Of a DNA stretch of 64,000 bases, positions 47,122 to 56,624 are shown one piece after another. The notes below the pieces were generated by a model. That model searched no databases, had not been told where the DNA came from, and worked only from the letters and a program-made list of their open reading frames with translations. Numbering within the stretch: the first letter of the stretch is position 1; each line of letters starts with the position of its first letter. Position numbers and translations under genes: made by a program. The DNA is from Chthoniobacterales bacterium (lineage in GTDB: Bacteria > Verrucomicrobiota > Verrucomicrobiia > Chthoniobacterales > JACTMZ01), in the NCBI GenBank assembly GCA_021463515.1, contig JAJTYZ010000041.1:24642-88641 (forward strand), given 5' to 3'.

Positions 47122-49047
47122 ATGAGTACCATTACGCTTGACCCCAAAATTCCCGAAGGGCCCTTGGCCGATAAATGGGCGAATTTTCTCGCTTCTACGA
47201 AGCTCGTGAATCCCGCCAATCGTCGCCGCTACGAAATCATCGTCGTTGGTTCAGGCCTCGCGGGTGGAGCGGCTGCAGCGGTGCTGGGTGAGCAGGGCTA
47301 CAATGTCAAATGCTTTTGCTATCAGGATAGTCCTCGTCGAGCACACAGCATTGCGGCGCAGGGCGGCATTAATGCGGCGAAGAATTACCAAAATGATGGA
47401 GATAGCGTTTATCGGCTTTTTTACGACACGATCAAGGGCGGAGATTTTCGCTCACGTGAAGCAAACGTCTATCGTTTGGCTCAAGTAAGCGGCGCGATTA
47501 TTGACCAATGTGTGGCGCAGGGAGTTCCCTTTGCGCGGGAATACGGCGGTCTGTTGGCAAATCGCTCGTTTGGCGGTGCTCAAGTTTCGCGCACTTTTTA
47601 TGCACGAGGGCAAACGGGCCAGCAGCTTTTACTGGGCGTTTATTCCGAGTTGAGTGCGCAGATTTCCGCAGGAACCGTGAAAATGTTTCCGCGAACGGAG
47701 ATGTTGGATTTGGTGGTTGTGGATGGTCACGCCAAAGGCATTGTTGTTCGCAATTTGGTGACAGGCGAAATTTCTGCCCACGCCGCTGATGCCGTCATTC
47801 TCGCCACCGGTGGCTACGGCAATGTGTTTTATCTCTCGACGAATGCGTCAGGCTGTAACGTCACGGCGACTTACCGCGCTTACCGCCGAGGTGCCCTCTT
47901 TGCCAATCCTTGTTACACGCAGATTCACCCGACGTGTATTCCGGTGAGCGGCGATTATCAATCGAAGCTCACTCTCATGAGTGAATCCCTGCGCAACGAT
48001 GGACGTGTGTGGGTGCCTAAGCGAAAAGAAGATTGTGGAAAAAATCCGGCCGATATTCCGGAGGACGCACGCGACTATTATCTCGAGAGAAAATACCCGA
48101 GCTTTGGCAATCTTGCACCGCGTGATATTTCTTCACGCTCTGCAAAGGAAGTTTGCGATGAAGGGCGTGGTGTAGGCCCGGGAGGTCTCGGCGTTTATTT
48201 GGACTTTGCAGATGCCATTAAACGCTTGGGTGAACAAACGATTCGCGAGCGTTATGGCAACCTTTTCGAGATGTATGAAAACATCACCGGCGAAAATGCC
48301 TACAAGGTACCGATGCGTATTTTCCCGGCCGTTCACTACACGATGGGCGGATTGTGGGTGGATTACACCTTGATGAGTAATGTTCCCGGGCTTTTTGTCC
48401 TCGGCGAAGCGAACTTTTCCGACCACGGAGCCAATCGCCTTGGAGCGAGTGCACTCATGCAAGGATTGGCGGACGGCTATTTCGTTTTGCCCAATACCAT
48501 TAGCAGTTACCTCGCACCCATTCGTGGAACGCGACCGGATGTGAATCGCCCCGAATTTAAGGCTGCGGTGGATGAAGTCCGTGCTCGAGTCTCTCGTTTG
48601 CTGGCAGGGAAGGGGAAGCGTTCCGTGGCGAGTTTCCATCGTGAAATTGGGCATGTTTTGTGGGCGGATTGCGGCATGGCTCGCAGCAAGGAAGGTCTTG
48701 AACGAGCGATTAAAAAGCTTGGCGAAATTCGTGAGGAATATTGGGAAAACGTTCGCGTCCTTGGCGGGAATGAATCGCTAAATCAATCGTTGGAACGCGC
48801 CGGTCGCGTGGCTGACTATATTGATTTCGGCCAGCTCATGTGCCTCGATGCGCTCTCGCGCAATGAATCCTGCGGTGCACATTTCCGCGTGGATCATCAA
48901 ACGGAGGAGGGCGAAGCGTTGCGTGACGACGAGAATTATTCTTATGTGGCGGCTTGGAAATTTACCGGCGATGGCAATACCCCGGAAGTGATTAAAGAGC
49001 CTCTGCATTACGAAAACGTCCATTTGGCAACGAGAAGCTATAAGTAG
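47122..49047 (+). CDS. sdhA: succinate dehydrogenase/fumarate reductase flavoprotein subunit
   Basis: FAD motif [26 protein letters not shown] (FAD-linking His), HYTMGGL. 641 aa. Confidence 0.96.
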   Translation: MSTITLDPKIPEGPLADKWANFLASTKLVNPANRRRYEIIVVGSGLAGGAAAAVLGEQGYNVKCFCYQDSPRRAHSIAAQGGINAAKNYQNDGDSVYRLFYDTIKGGDFRSREANVYRLAQVSGAIIDQCVAQGVPFAREYGGLLANRSFGGAQVSRTFYARGQTGQQLLLGVYSELSAQISAGTVKMFPRTEMLDLVVVDGHAKGIVVRNLVTGEISAHAADAVILATGGYGNVFYLSTNASGCNVTATYRAYRRGALFANPCYTQIHPTCIPVSGDYQSKLTLMSESLRNDGRVWVPKRKEDCGKNPADIPEDARDYYLERKYPSFGNLAPRDISSRSAKEVCDEGRGVGPGGLGVYLDFADAIKRLGEQTIRERYGNLFEMYENITGENAYKVPMRIFPAVHYTMGGLWVDYTLMSNVPGLFVLGEANFSDHGANRLGASALMQGLADGYFVLPNTISSYLAPIRGTRPDVNRPEFKAAVDEVRARVSRLLAGKGKRSVASFHREIGHVLWADCGMARSKEGLERAIKKLGEIREEYWENVRVLGGNESLNQSLERAGRVADYIDFGQLMCLDALSRNESCGAHFRVDHQTEEGEALRDDENYSYVAAWKFTGDGNTPEVIKEPLHYENVHLATRSYK

Positions 49048-49077
49048 TTGAGGGTTGAGAGATGAGAGTTGAGAGAT
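49047..49077 (+). repeat. left heptamer array (GTTGAGG GTTGAGA GATGAGA GTTGAGA GAT) flanking the four-helix-bundle cassette
   Basis: Read directly from the sequence. It starts on the last base of the sdhA stop codon. 49047-49071 is the reverse complement of 49483-49507 at 23 of 25 positions. Confidence 0.9.
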
Positions 49078-49102
49078 ACAGAAGCAGCAGAAGAAAGGAG
49101 AT

Positions 49103-49465
49103 ATGGAAAAAGACGCTCAACGTGGATTCAACTTTGAAAAGTTGGAGGTTTGGCAGCGGGCGGTGGAGTTGGTGGCTTTTGTTTATGAGTTCACGAGGAA
49201 ATTTCCGACGGATGAGAGGTTCGGTATTACCAGTCAAATGCGGCGGGCTGTACTCTCCATTTCTTCTAACCTCGCGGAGGGAAGCTCCCGTTCGTCACGC
49301 ACGGATTTTGCACGCTTCGTGGAATCGGCTTCCGGCTCACTCTACGAATTTGTCAGTCAGGCCTTCATCGCCCGCAACCAAGAATTCCTTGGTGTTTCCG
49401 AATTTGAAAAACTCACCATGGAATCCGAGGAACTTTCCCGAATGCTCAGCGGCCTCCGTAACTAG
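49103..49465 (+). CDS. four-helix-bundle protein (23S rRNA intervening-sequence protein / Avd-like family)
   Basis: 120 aa. The family signature as I remember it is F.FEKLEVWQRAVELV..VYEFTRKFP.DERFGITSQMRRA.LSISSNLAEG. RBS AAGGAG at 49095-49100. Confidence 0.85.
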   Translation: MEKDAQRGFNFEKLEVWQRAVELVAFVYEFTRKFPTDERFGITSQMRRAVLSISSNLAEGSSRSSRTDFARFVESASGSLYEFVSQAFIARNQEFLGVSEFEKLTMESEELSRMLSGLRN

Positions 49466-49482
49466 CTCCGCTCTTAATTGCC

Positions 49483-49517
49483 CAACTCTCAACTCTCAAC
49501 CCTAAACTCTCAACTCT
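49483..49517 (+). repeat. right heptamer array (5 x CAACTCT-like), inverted relative to the left array
   Basis: CAACTCT CAACTCT CAACCCT AAACTCT CAACTCT, ending 2 nt before the sdhB ATG. Confidence 0.9.
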
Positions 49518-49519
49518 TC

Positions 49520-50278
49520 ATGCACTTCCATCTCAAAATCTGGCGTCAGGAAAACTCGAAATCAGCAGGGACATTTCGTGATTACGAAGCGAAGGATATT
49601 CCCGAGGAGGCGTCCTTTTTGGAAATGCTGGACATCGTGAATGAAGACCTCGTTGAAAAAGGCGAAGATCCCGTGGCGTTTGATCACGATTGCCGCGAGG
49701 GAATTTGTGGGATGTGTAGCCTTACGATCAACGGCATTCCGCACGGACAAGGGAGGGGAACAACCTGTCAGCTTTACATGCGAAAGTTTTCCGATGGCGA
49801 GACGATTTATATCGAGCCTTTCCGCGTTGGAGCCTTTCCACTCGTTCGTGATTTGGTGGTGGATCGTTCGGCTTTTGATCGCGTTATGGGTTCCGGCGGT
49901 TATACCGGTGTGCGTTGCGGGGGCGCGCAGGATGCTAATGATACCCCGATTGCAAAACCGATTGCAGATTATGCTATGGATGCGGCGGCATGCATTGGCT
50001 GCGGTGCTTGTGCCGCAGCATGCCCCAATAGTTCCGCAATGCTCTTTGTTTCCGCAAAAATTGGGCAGCTTGGCCTCCTCCCACAAGGGGAGCCGGGGGC
50101 AGGGCGTCGTGTGCGTCATATGGTGGCGCAGATGGATGAGGAAGGCTTCGGCAACTGTTCGAACTACTATGAGTGCGAAGCCGCGTGTCCCGCAGGGATT
50201 TCGGTGGCGTTTATCGCCCGTATGAATCGCCATTTCGCCTTGGCCAGCGTCCGTAATGCTGTTGAAGCAACGGCGTAA
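49520..50278 (+). CDS. sdhB: succinate dehydrogenase/fumarate reductase iron-sulfur subunit
   Basis: ATG at 49520; the ORF-track start at 49478 would translate the heptamer array. Motifs CREGICGMC and [12 protein letters not shown], plus CYECEAACP. Confidence 0.95.
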   Translation: MHFHLKIWRQENSKSAGTFRDYEAKDIPEEASFLEMLDIVNEDLVEKGEDPVAFDHDCREGICGMCSLTINGIPHGQGRGTTCQLYMRKFSDGETIYIEPFRVGAFPLVRDLVVDRSAFDRVMGSGGYTGVRCGGAQDANDTPIAKPIADYAMDAAACIGCGACAAACPNSSAMLFVSAKIGQLGLLPQGEPGAGRRVRHMVAQMDEEGFGNCSNYYECEAACPAGISVAFIARMNRHFALASVRNAVEATA

Positions 50279-50297
50279 GGTCTGCTCAGAAAAAATT

Positions 50298-50338
50298 ACG
50301 CAACGCGTCCAGTTCCTATCGTCAGGGCGTGTTTTTTT
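50298..50338 (+). terminator. rho-independent terminator candidate after sdhB
   Basis: An imperfect hairpin (ACGC..CC / GG.GCGT) immediately followed by T7 (50332-50338). Confidence 0.4.
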
Positions 50339-50357
50339 ATGGTAACAAAGAGCCCGC

Positions 50358-51104
50358 ATGGATTTTGCTTCGACATTTGCACACGCTTTAACGCCTGATT
50401 CGCTGGCCACATTGGCTTTGTTGGTCGGCTTGGAATTGGTTTTGGGAATAGACAACGTGTTGGTTATTTCCATCGTGGTGGCAAGGCTTCCGGATGCTAC
50501 GAGAAACAAAGCCCGCTTTATCGGCCTGAGCATCGCGCTTGTGGCGCGGTTGTTTTTCGTAGCGGGTGCTTTTTGGCTCGTGCATCTCACACATCCCATT
50601 ATCTCCGGTATTCCCGTCACATGGCGTGATGTCGTCCTAATCCTCGGAGGCTTATTTCTCATTTGGAAAGCCGTGAAGGAAATTCATGGGGTCATAGAAC
50701 TCAAAGACGAGACGATTATGGATTCCGTGGCCTCGGCTTTTGGCTGGGCTATTTTCCAAATCGTGCTTCTCGATATGGTGTTCTCGCTGGATTCGGTCAT
50801 TACTGCCGTGGGGCTCACAGAAAATCTCCTCATTATCAGCATTGCCGTCGTTCTTTCCTTCATAGTGGTCCTCGCCTATGCCCGCCCTATTGGTGAATTC
50901 ATCATCCAGCGACCCACATTGAAAATCTTGGCACTTGCCTTTCTTGTAACGATCGGGATTACCATTTTTCTCGAAGGCATCCATCAGGAAGTGGCCCGCA
51001 CCTATATTTACCTGCCCATGGGATTTGCCTTGGTGATTGAGCTGCTCAATATGCGCTATGCCTCTAACAAGCGAAAAAATGGAAACTCCTCAGAAATTCG
51101 ATAG
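50358..51104 (+). CDS. TerC-family integral membrane protein
   Basis: LELVLGIDNVLVISIVVARLP and a second LDMVFSLDSVITAVGL repeat. 248 aa. Confidence 0.9.
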   Translation: MDFASTFAHALTPDSLATLALLVGLELVLGIDNVLVISIVVARLPDATRNKARFIGLSIALVARLFFVAGAFWLVHLTHPIISGIPVTWRDVVLILGGLFLIWKAVKEIHGVIELKDETIMDSVASAFGWAIFQIVLLDMVFSLDSVITAVGLTENLLIISIAVVLSFIVVLAYARPIGEFIIQRPTLKILALAFLVTIGITIFLEGIHQEVARTYIYLPMGFALVIELLNMRYASNKRKNGNSSEIR

Positions 51105-51603
51105 CGAGAAGATTGTTCGGAAAAAATTCCTCCTTTTTCTCCCTGCCCTCAGTGCATTTCTTTTCGGCATCCTTCTCGTAGGTTGTGGAGGCAGACATTA
51201 TTCCGGCTACAAATACGCGCCTTATACAGTGCGAGGAACTCGGTATTATCCCATGTCCCCGCAAGAAGCCGTAGGTTATGTGGAAACAGGTACCGCCTCG
51301 CATTACAAACACGGCTTCCTTTTCTTTTCCGGCCAAACCGCCCTTGGTGAAAAAATTTATCCATGGAGTCACGGAGCCGCGCACAAAACTTTGCCGCTGC
51401 CTTGTAAAGTGCGTGTGACGAATCTCAAAAATGGACGACATATTGTGGTGCGGGTGAATGATCGCGGGCCATTTATTGGTGATCGGATCATTGATATGAC
51501 TTCCGCTTCCGCCAAAAAACTCGGGTTCTATCATCAGGGTCTCACGCCGGTGCGCGTCGAAGTTCTTAGCGTGGGGGATGGGCGTTATCGTTTGAAACGC
51601 TGA
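51079..51603 (+). CDS. rlpA: septal-ring lytic transglycosylase RlpA-family lipoprotein (DPBB domain)
   Basis: Lipobox LLVG-C, then GTASHYKHGF...GEKIYPWSHGAAHKTLPLPCKVRVTNLKNGRHIVVRVNDRGPF. ATG at 51079. Confidence 0.88.
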   Translation: METPQKFDSEKIVRKKFLLFLPALSAFLFGILLVGCGGRHYSGYKYAPYTVRGTRYYPMSPQEAVGYVETGTASHYKHGFLFFSGQTALGEKIYPWSHGAAHKTLPLPCKVRVTNLKNGRHIVVRVNDRGPFIGDRIIDMTSASAKKLGFYHQGLTPVRVEVLSVGDGRYRLKR

Positions 51604-51669
51604 TGGTCGTTTCATTTGCCGAAGAGACTTTCGCTTTGGTTATGCGGCGTTTGGAGCGACAATGACGGC

Positions 51670-53949
51670 ATGGCATCACAACCGTCTGTTCATAAAGTTG
51701 CATTTTTAGGGGATTATCCTCCGAGGAAATGTGGAATTGCCACTTTTACTCGAGATTTACGCGATGCGGTAGCCGCGGCCAATCCGGATTGGAATTGCCC
51801 CGTGATTGCCGTGTCGGATCAACCGGAGGCTTATGATTATTCGGATGATGTGCGCTTTGAGATTCCCCAGCCGGATGTCGCGTCTTATGTGCGGGCGGCT
51901 CACTTTCTAAATCTTTCGCACACCGATGCGCTATGCGTGCAGCATGAGTTTGGGATTTTTGGTGGGACAGCGGGGAGTCATGTCCTTGGTCTCATGCGAC
52001 GTGTGCGGCTTCCGGTGGTGACGACATTGCATACCATTTTGGAAACGCCCGATGCTGATCAACGGCGCGTTTTTTCCGAAATCATTTCTCTCTCCACGCG
52101 TGTGGTTGTCATGGCAGAGCGAGCGCGGGTAATGCTTCGCGATATTTACAAGCTGCCGATGGAAAAAATTGATCTTATTCCTCACGGCATTCCTGACATT
52201 CCGTTCACGGACCCGAGTTTTTACAAAGACCATTTTGATGTCGCGGGGCGTCCGGTGATGTTGACTTTTGGACTTCTTTCTCCGAACAAGGGCATTGAGG
52301 GCGTGATTGAAGCTTTGCCGGAGATTGTGGCGCATCATCCGCAGCTTGTTTACATCGTGCTGGGAGCGACACATCCCAATCTTGTGCGTGAGAGTGGAGA
52401 AAATTATCGCCTGCAGTTGGAGCGGCTCGCACGCGATCTCGGTGTGGAAGAGAATGTGATGTTCGTGAATAGCTATGTGTCCAACGCAGAGCTGTACGAG
52501 TATATTGGAGCGGCGGATATTTATATCACTCCGTATCTCAACGAGGCTCAGATTACTTCGGGGACGCTGTCGTATAGTTATGGAGCGGGAAAGGCCGTGG
52601 TTTCGACGCCTTATTGGCACGCAGCGGAGCTGCTTCGCGAGGGGCGTGGAGTGCTGGTGCCTTTCCGCGATGCGGGTGCTGTGGCGCGAGAGGTGGCTCA
52701 TTTGCTGGGTGACCGAAAGCGGCTTAATGCCATGCGCAAACAGGCGTATTTAGATGGGCGTGCCATGATTTGGCCAAAGGTGGCACAGGCCTATACCGAG
52801 GTGTTTGAGCGTGCCTGTGCGCATTATCGGGTTGCGCATCGCCCTTCCGGTTCTGTGCGTTTCGGAGAACATTCGCATCTGCCGCCTTGGCGTTTTGATC
52901 ATGTGTTGCGCATGAGCGATAGCACGGGGATTTTTCAACACGCACGGTTTTCGGTGCCGTGGTTTGAACATGGTTATTGTACGGATGATAACGCCCGCGC
53001 TCTCCTTTTTGCGGTGTTGTTGGAAGAGCTAGGGGAATGTCCTCCGGAAATTCGTCATGCACGCTCTGCTTATGCGGCATTTATTCAACATGCTTTCGTG
53101 ACGGAAACAGGGCGCTTTCGCAATTTTCTCTCGTTCGATCGGCGTTGGTTGGAGGAGCAGGGATCGGAGGATAGTCATGGGCGTGCGCTGTGGGCCTTGG
53201 GTGCTGTGGTAGGACGTACGACGAGTGAAAATTTGCGTGCTTGGGCAGCTTCGCTTTTTGAAACGGCTCTCCCTGTCGTTGGTACATTTACATCACCGCG
53301 AGCTTGGGCATTTACCATTCTTGGATTGCATGAATACTTGCGGGCGTTTGCGGGTGATTTGTTGGCAGCTCGTATGCGTGAGGAACTTTCCGGACGCCTC
53401 TTTCGCCTTTGGCGTGATACCGCAACTCCCGAGTGGCCGTGGTTTGAGGATGTCGTTGGCTATGACAATGCTCGCATTAGTCATGCACTTATTCTCACAG
53501 GACGTTGGACAGCCAATGATGAAATTAAAAAGGCTGGATTGCAGTCTTTGCGATGGCTTATGGAAAATCAACGTGGGGCACGAGGATGCTTTCGCCCGAT
53601 TGGTTCCAATGGATTTTGGCATCGTGGTGGGAAGCCTGCGGAGTTTGATCAGCAACCCATTGAAGCCTGTGCGGCTGTCGGTGCTTGCATAGAAGCCTTC
53701 AACACGACAGGAGACGTGTTTTGGCGCAATAATGCACAGCGAGCCTTTGATTGGTTTTTGGGAGCCAATGATCTTAAAGAAGCTCTCTACGATTTTTTTA
53801 CGGGCGGATGCCGCGATGGACTCCACGCTAATCGCGTGAATCAAAATGAAGGTGCCGAGTCCACACTTTCCTTTTGCCTGGCCCTTGCCGAGATGAAAGC
53901 CTTGGACAACACAACCGCCGCATTTCAAAATACGCCTGTCATCGAGTGA
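51670..53949 (+). CDS. family-4 glycosyltransferase fused to a roughly 370-aa C-terminal helical (six-hairpin-like) domain
   Basis: N-terminal half of GT4/GT-B type (KVAFLGDYPPRKCGIATFTRDL ... LTFGLLSPNKGIE ... E-x7-E region TPYLNEAQITSGTLSYSYGAGKAVVSTP). The C-terminal half is rich in helical repeats (DDNARALLF, HGRALWALGAVVG, YDNARISHALIL). Confidence 0.8.
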   Translation: MASQPSVHKVAFLGDYPPRKCGIATFTRDLRDAVAAANPDWNCPVIAVSDQPEAYDYSDDVRFEIPQPDVASYVRAAHFLNLSHTDALCVQHEFGIFGGTAGSHVLGLMRRVRLPVVTTLHTILETPDADQRRVFSEIISLSTRVVVMAERARVMLRDIYKLPMEKIDLIPHGIPDIPFTDPSFYKDHFDVAGRPVMLTFGLLSPNKGIEGVIEALPEIVAHHPQLVYIVLGATHPNLVRESGENYRLQLERLARDLGVEENVMFVNSYVSNAELYEYIGAADIYITPYLNEAQITSGTLSYSYGAGKAVVSTPYWHAAELLREGRGVLVPFRDAGAVAREVAHLLGDRKRLNAMRKQAYLDGRAMIWPKVAQAYTEVFERACAHYRVAHRPSGSVRFGEHSHLPPWRFDHVLRMSDSTGIFQHARFSVPWFEHGYCTDDNARALLFAVLLEELGECPPEIRHARSAYAAFIQHAFVTETGRFRNFLSFDRRWLEEQGSEDSHGRALWALGAVVGRTTSENLRAWAASLFETALPVVGTFTSPRAWAFTILGLHEYLRAFAGDLLAARMREELSGRLFRLWRDTATPEWPWFEDVVGYDNARISHALILTGRWTANDEIKKAGLQSLRWLMENQRGARGCFRPIGSNGFWHRGGKPAEFDQQPIEACAAVGACIEAFNTTGDVFWRNNAQRAFDWFLGANDLKEALYDFFTGGCRDGLHANRVNQNEGAESTLSFCLALAEMKALDNTTAAFQNTPVIE

Positions 53950-55418
53950 ATATCCATCGTCAATCCCTCGAATTACGCCCCGATCCCCGGCGTGTGCTTG
54001 TGCGTCCTTTCATGGCATCCGTGGTGGTGAAACCCACAGGTCATGCTGAGCCGAGTCGTCATCTTCTCGATATGCTGGCGCGTGTACTCATGCTGGATGA
54101 GGCGACAGTGCGAGACACGCTTGAGGGAGTATTGGCGGAGTTCACCGATCGGCATGAAGATATTCGGGATATTTTTTTACACCGCTATGAACAATTGGCT
54201 CCCTTGCTTCCGATTGATCGCGACCTCGATGAAAACCGCAAGCTGCTCATCGGTTCGTATTTCATCAATGAGTATTCTTTAGAATCTAGTGCTCTTTTTA
54301 ATCCGAGCATTGTTCCTGCACCGGATCAATCCGGCCTTAAGAGCGATGAAATGCGATTTATCCTCAGTCTTCGGGCGACGGGTGAGGGACATATTTCTTC
54401 CATCACTTTCCGCTCCGGTATTGCAATGGCGGATGGAACTGTCCGCCTCGATCCCGTCTCGAAGTTTGTTCATGCCCCTCGTCCTGAGCCAGCGGCGCGG
54501 TATGATTTGAATCTTTTTCGCCGTAAACTTTACGAAGTAGGCGTTGAGTACGATGCGGCGCGACATGCTCTTTCGGGACTGCCTGAGAGTTTTCGTATGC
54601 AGGAACTTCGTGGACGAGTCGCTCATTTACGGCGAGAAGGAGCCGAGCCCGTCGTGCTGAGAGCGTGTGACCGTGCGATTTTATTGGCAGAAGCAAATTA
54701 TGCCGTCCGCTTTAAGGATTGCTTGAGCATGTCGGAGAAAGTGATTTTTCCATTTTCTCCCATGGAGAGTAATGGAATCGAAGATGCCCGATTTGTGCGC
54801 TTCACCGAAGACAATGGAGAGGTCGTTTATTACGCCACTTACACAGCGTACAATGGCAGTGTTGTTTTTCCGCAAATGCTTAAAACTCGCGACTTCTGCG
54901 AGTTTCGAACCAACACGTTGAATGGGACGGCAGTTTGCAACAAGGGCTTCGCCCTTTTTCCGCGTAAAATCAATGGCTGCTACGCTATGTTGAGCCGTCA
55001 GGATGGCGAGAACATCCATCTTATGTACTCCGAGCATCCGCATTTTTGGTATGAATCGAAAGTGATTCTCCGTCCTTCATTCCCATGGGAATTCACGCAG
55101 CTCGGGAATTGTGGATCGCCAATTGAAACGGAAGCCGGATGGCTAGTACTTACCCACGGCGTTGGCCCGATGCGCAAATACTGCATCGGTGCGGTACTTC
55201 TTGATCGTGATGATCCGTCGCGAGTTCTTGGACGCTTGCGCGAGCCCCTCATGCGACCCGCGCCGGATGAAAGGGAAGGCTATGTTCCCAATGTCGTGTA
55301 CACGTGCGGCGCATTATTGCATCAAGGCACGCTCATAATTCCTTATGCCGTGTCGGATACCGCCACGCGTTTTGCATCGGTTGGAATCGGTGAGTTGTTG
55401 GATGCGCTTCGGCATTAA
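53946..55418 (+). CDS. GH130-family glycoside phosphorylase/hydrolase-like protein with an N-terminal extension
   Basis: GTG at 53946 forms a GTGA overlap with the GT4 gene. The C-terminal 300 aa are typical GH130 five-bladed propeller sequence (NGIEDARFVRF..., YYATYTAYNG, NKGFALFPRKING, GSPIETEAGWLVLTHGVG, YCIGAVLLDRDDPSRVL, VPNVVYTCG). Confidence 0.8.
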   Translation: MNIHRQSLELRPDPRRVLVRPFMASVVVKPTGHAEPSRHLLDMLARVLMLDEATVRDTLEGVLAEFTDRHEDIRDIFLHRYEQLAPLLPIDRDLDENRKLLIGSYFINEYSLESSALFNPSIVPAPDQSGLKSDEMRFILSLRATGEGHISSITFRSGIAMADGTVRLDPVSKFVHAPRPEPAARYDLNLFRRKLYEVGVEYDAARHALSGLPESFRMQELRGRVAHLRREGAEPVVLRACDRAILLAEANYAVRFKDCLSMSEKVIFPFSPMESNGIEDARFVRFTEDNGEVVYYATYTAYNGSVVFPQMLKTRDFCEFRTNTLNGTAVCNKGFALFPRKINGCYAMLSRQDGENIHLMYSEHPHFWYESKVILRPSFPWEFTQLGNCGSPIETEAGWLVLTHGVGPMRKYCIGAVLLDRDDPSRVLGRLREPLMRPAPDEREGYVPNVVYTCGALLHQGTLIIPYAVSDTATRFASVGIGELLDALRH

Positions 55419-55497
55419 TAGGCAAGGTGGGCGGAGTATTTTGCGAAGTCATCTTCGACGTATTAAAAAAAAATGACACCCAGCAAATTCACTGCGT

Positions 55498-55869
55498 TTA
55501 TATTGATTCCGCTCCGGGAATGCCGCCATCAAATGTGGCGAATTTGAAGTTGTATTTGTCGGCCAGTTGCATCAACCACGCATCGGAAGTCCGCCCTGCT
55601 GATTTTGCCCATGGGGAAAGTTTTGGTGAAGGAGCTTCCAAGATAAAACCCCCGAGTTTTTTTCTGATGTTGCTCAAGGCGTCCTGCGCTTCATCCAATG
55701 TGTAGCCGAAGACCTGCATGGAAATGCGGATGAATCCCAGTTCGCTATGCGCACAAGAAAATAAATTTTTAAACCCCACCTTCGCAACCCATTGATGAAA
55801 TGCGGCATGGTGTGGTGAGCCAAGGTGTTCACACGCGATCAGCGCGTTGACATCAAGCAGGTATTTCAT
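55498..55869 (-). CDS. vapC: PIN-domain toxin (VapC family), intact
   Basis: N-terminus MKYLLDVNALIA, acidic residues in PIN-like spacing, and C-terminus DAWLMQLADKYNFKFATFD. ATGA overlap with the upstream antitoxin. Confidence 0.75.
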   Translation of the reverse strand: MKYLLDVNALIACEHLGSPHHAAFHQWVAKVGFKNLFSCAHSELGFIRISMQVFGYTLDEAQDALSNIRKKLGGFILEAPSPKLSPWAKSAGRTSDAWLMQLADKYNFKFATFDGGIPGAESI

Positions 55870-56105
55870 GGGAAATCTGCCAGGGCGGCGCGGATTTCTT
55901 CATCAGTGACCACTCGTCCAGGTGCGGCATTGTAGGGCAGGCCGGAAAGAGGATGAATCCGGCGGATGATTTTTGCTTTGGCGGGGGAGGGGGGCAATAC
56001 GGACTTACGCAAAAAATCCGACAAGGATTCCGCTTTGGCTGCGCGTGCCTTTGCGCGGATGGTGCGCTCTTCGGCATTGGTGACTTTGAATGTGAGTACT
56101 GGCAT
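55866..56105 (-). CDS. antitoxin of the VapC pair (small basic N-terminal DNA-binding-type protein)
   Basis: 79 aa from the ATG at 56105 (MPVLTFKVTNAEERTIRAKARAAKAESLSDFLRKSVL). The start is uncertain; the ORF-track start is 56177. Confidence 0.6.
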   Translation of the reverse strand: MPVLTFKVTNAEERTIRAKARAAKAESLSDFLRKSVLPPSPAKAKIIRRIHPLSGLPYNAAPGRVVTDEEIRAALADFP

Positions 56106-56210
56106 GGGTATTAAGGTAATACCTGAGTGGAAAGCTGTCAAAGGCAACGCCTCGACCTTGATCTGCGAAACAAGCAAGTCGCGAGATGAAATAATAAATG
56201 CTATGCCCTG

Positions 56211-56624
56211 CTAATAGGCGATGGTGGCACTGTTTGGCCCTAGAAGGGTAGCTTTCTTGCGGTGAGGTTCGGTGGCGTCGAAGGTAACGGTATAATCCGC
56301 GCTGGGCATGAAATTACTTAAGGTCGCTTGCGGAAAAGCGAGGTAGGCTTTGACGAGTTGATAGCGTTGTTCGCTGGTCTTGCCTGACCATGCCGTGGCG
56401 GCCGCCGTGGTTCCGAGTGCCTGATAATAGGCGGCAGCTCCGAGATTGAGAGCTTCTGCACGAGCCTTGGCGAGATTGAGTTCGCTATCGCTCTTTACTT
56501 GCACAATGTTGGGGAAGGCGACGTAGAGAATGATCGCAAGAACGGCGAGGACAACGAGAAGTTCGACGAGGCTGAATCCTCGTGCCGTGTGTCGTGATGC
56601 AGAGGATGCACGAAGTTTTTTCAT
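56211..56624 (-). CDS. small type IV pilin-like protein (canonical G-F cleavage site)
   Basis: MKKLRASSASRHTARG-FSLVELLVVLAVLAIILYVAFPN. 137 aa. ATGA overlap with the upstream pilin gene. Confidence 0.8.
   Translation of the reverse strand: MKKLRASSASRHTARGFSLVELLVVLAVLAIILYVAFPNIVQVKSDSELNLAKARAEALNLGAAAYYQALGTTAAATAWSGKTSEQRYQLVKAYLAFPQATLSNFMPSADYTVTFDATEPHRKKATLLGPNSATIAY

Noticed and set aside
50279-50357. Possible yybP-ykoY (Mn2+) riboswitch in front of the TerC-family gene.
   Set aside because: The spacer is only 79 nt, and most of it is taken up by the sdhB terminator-like hairpin and T7 tract. No conserved four-way-junction sequence blocks are visible.
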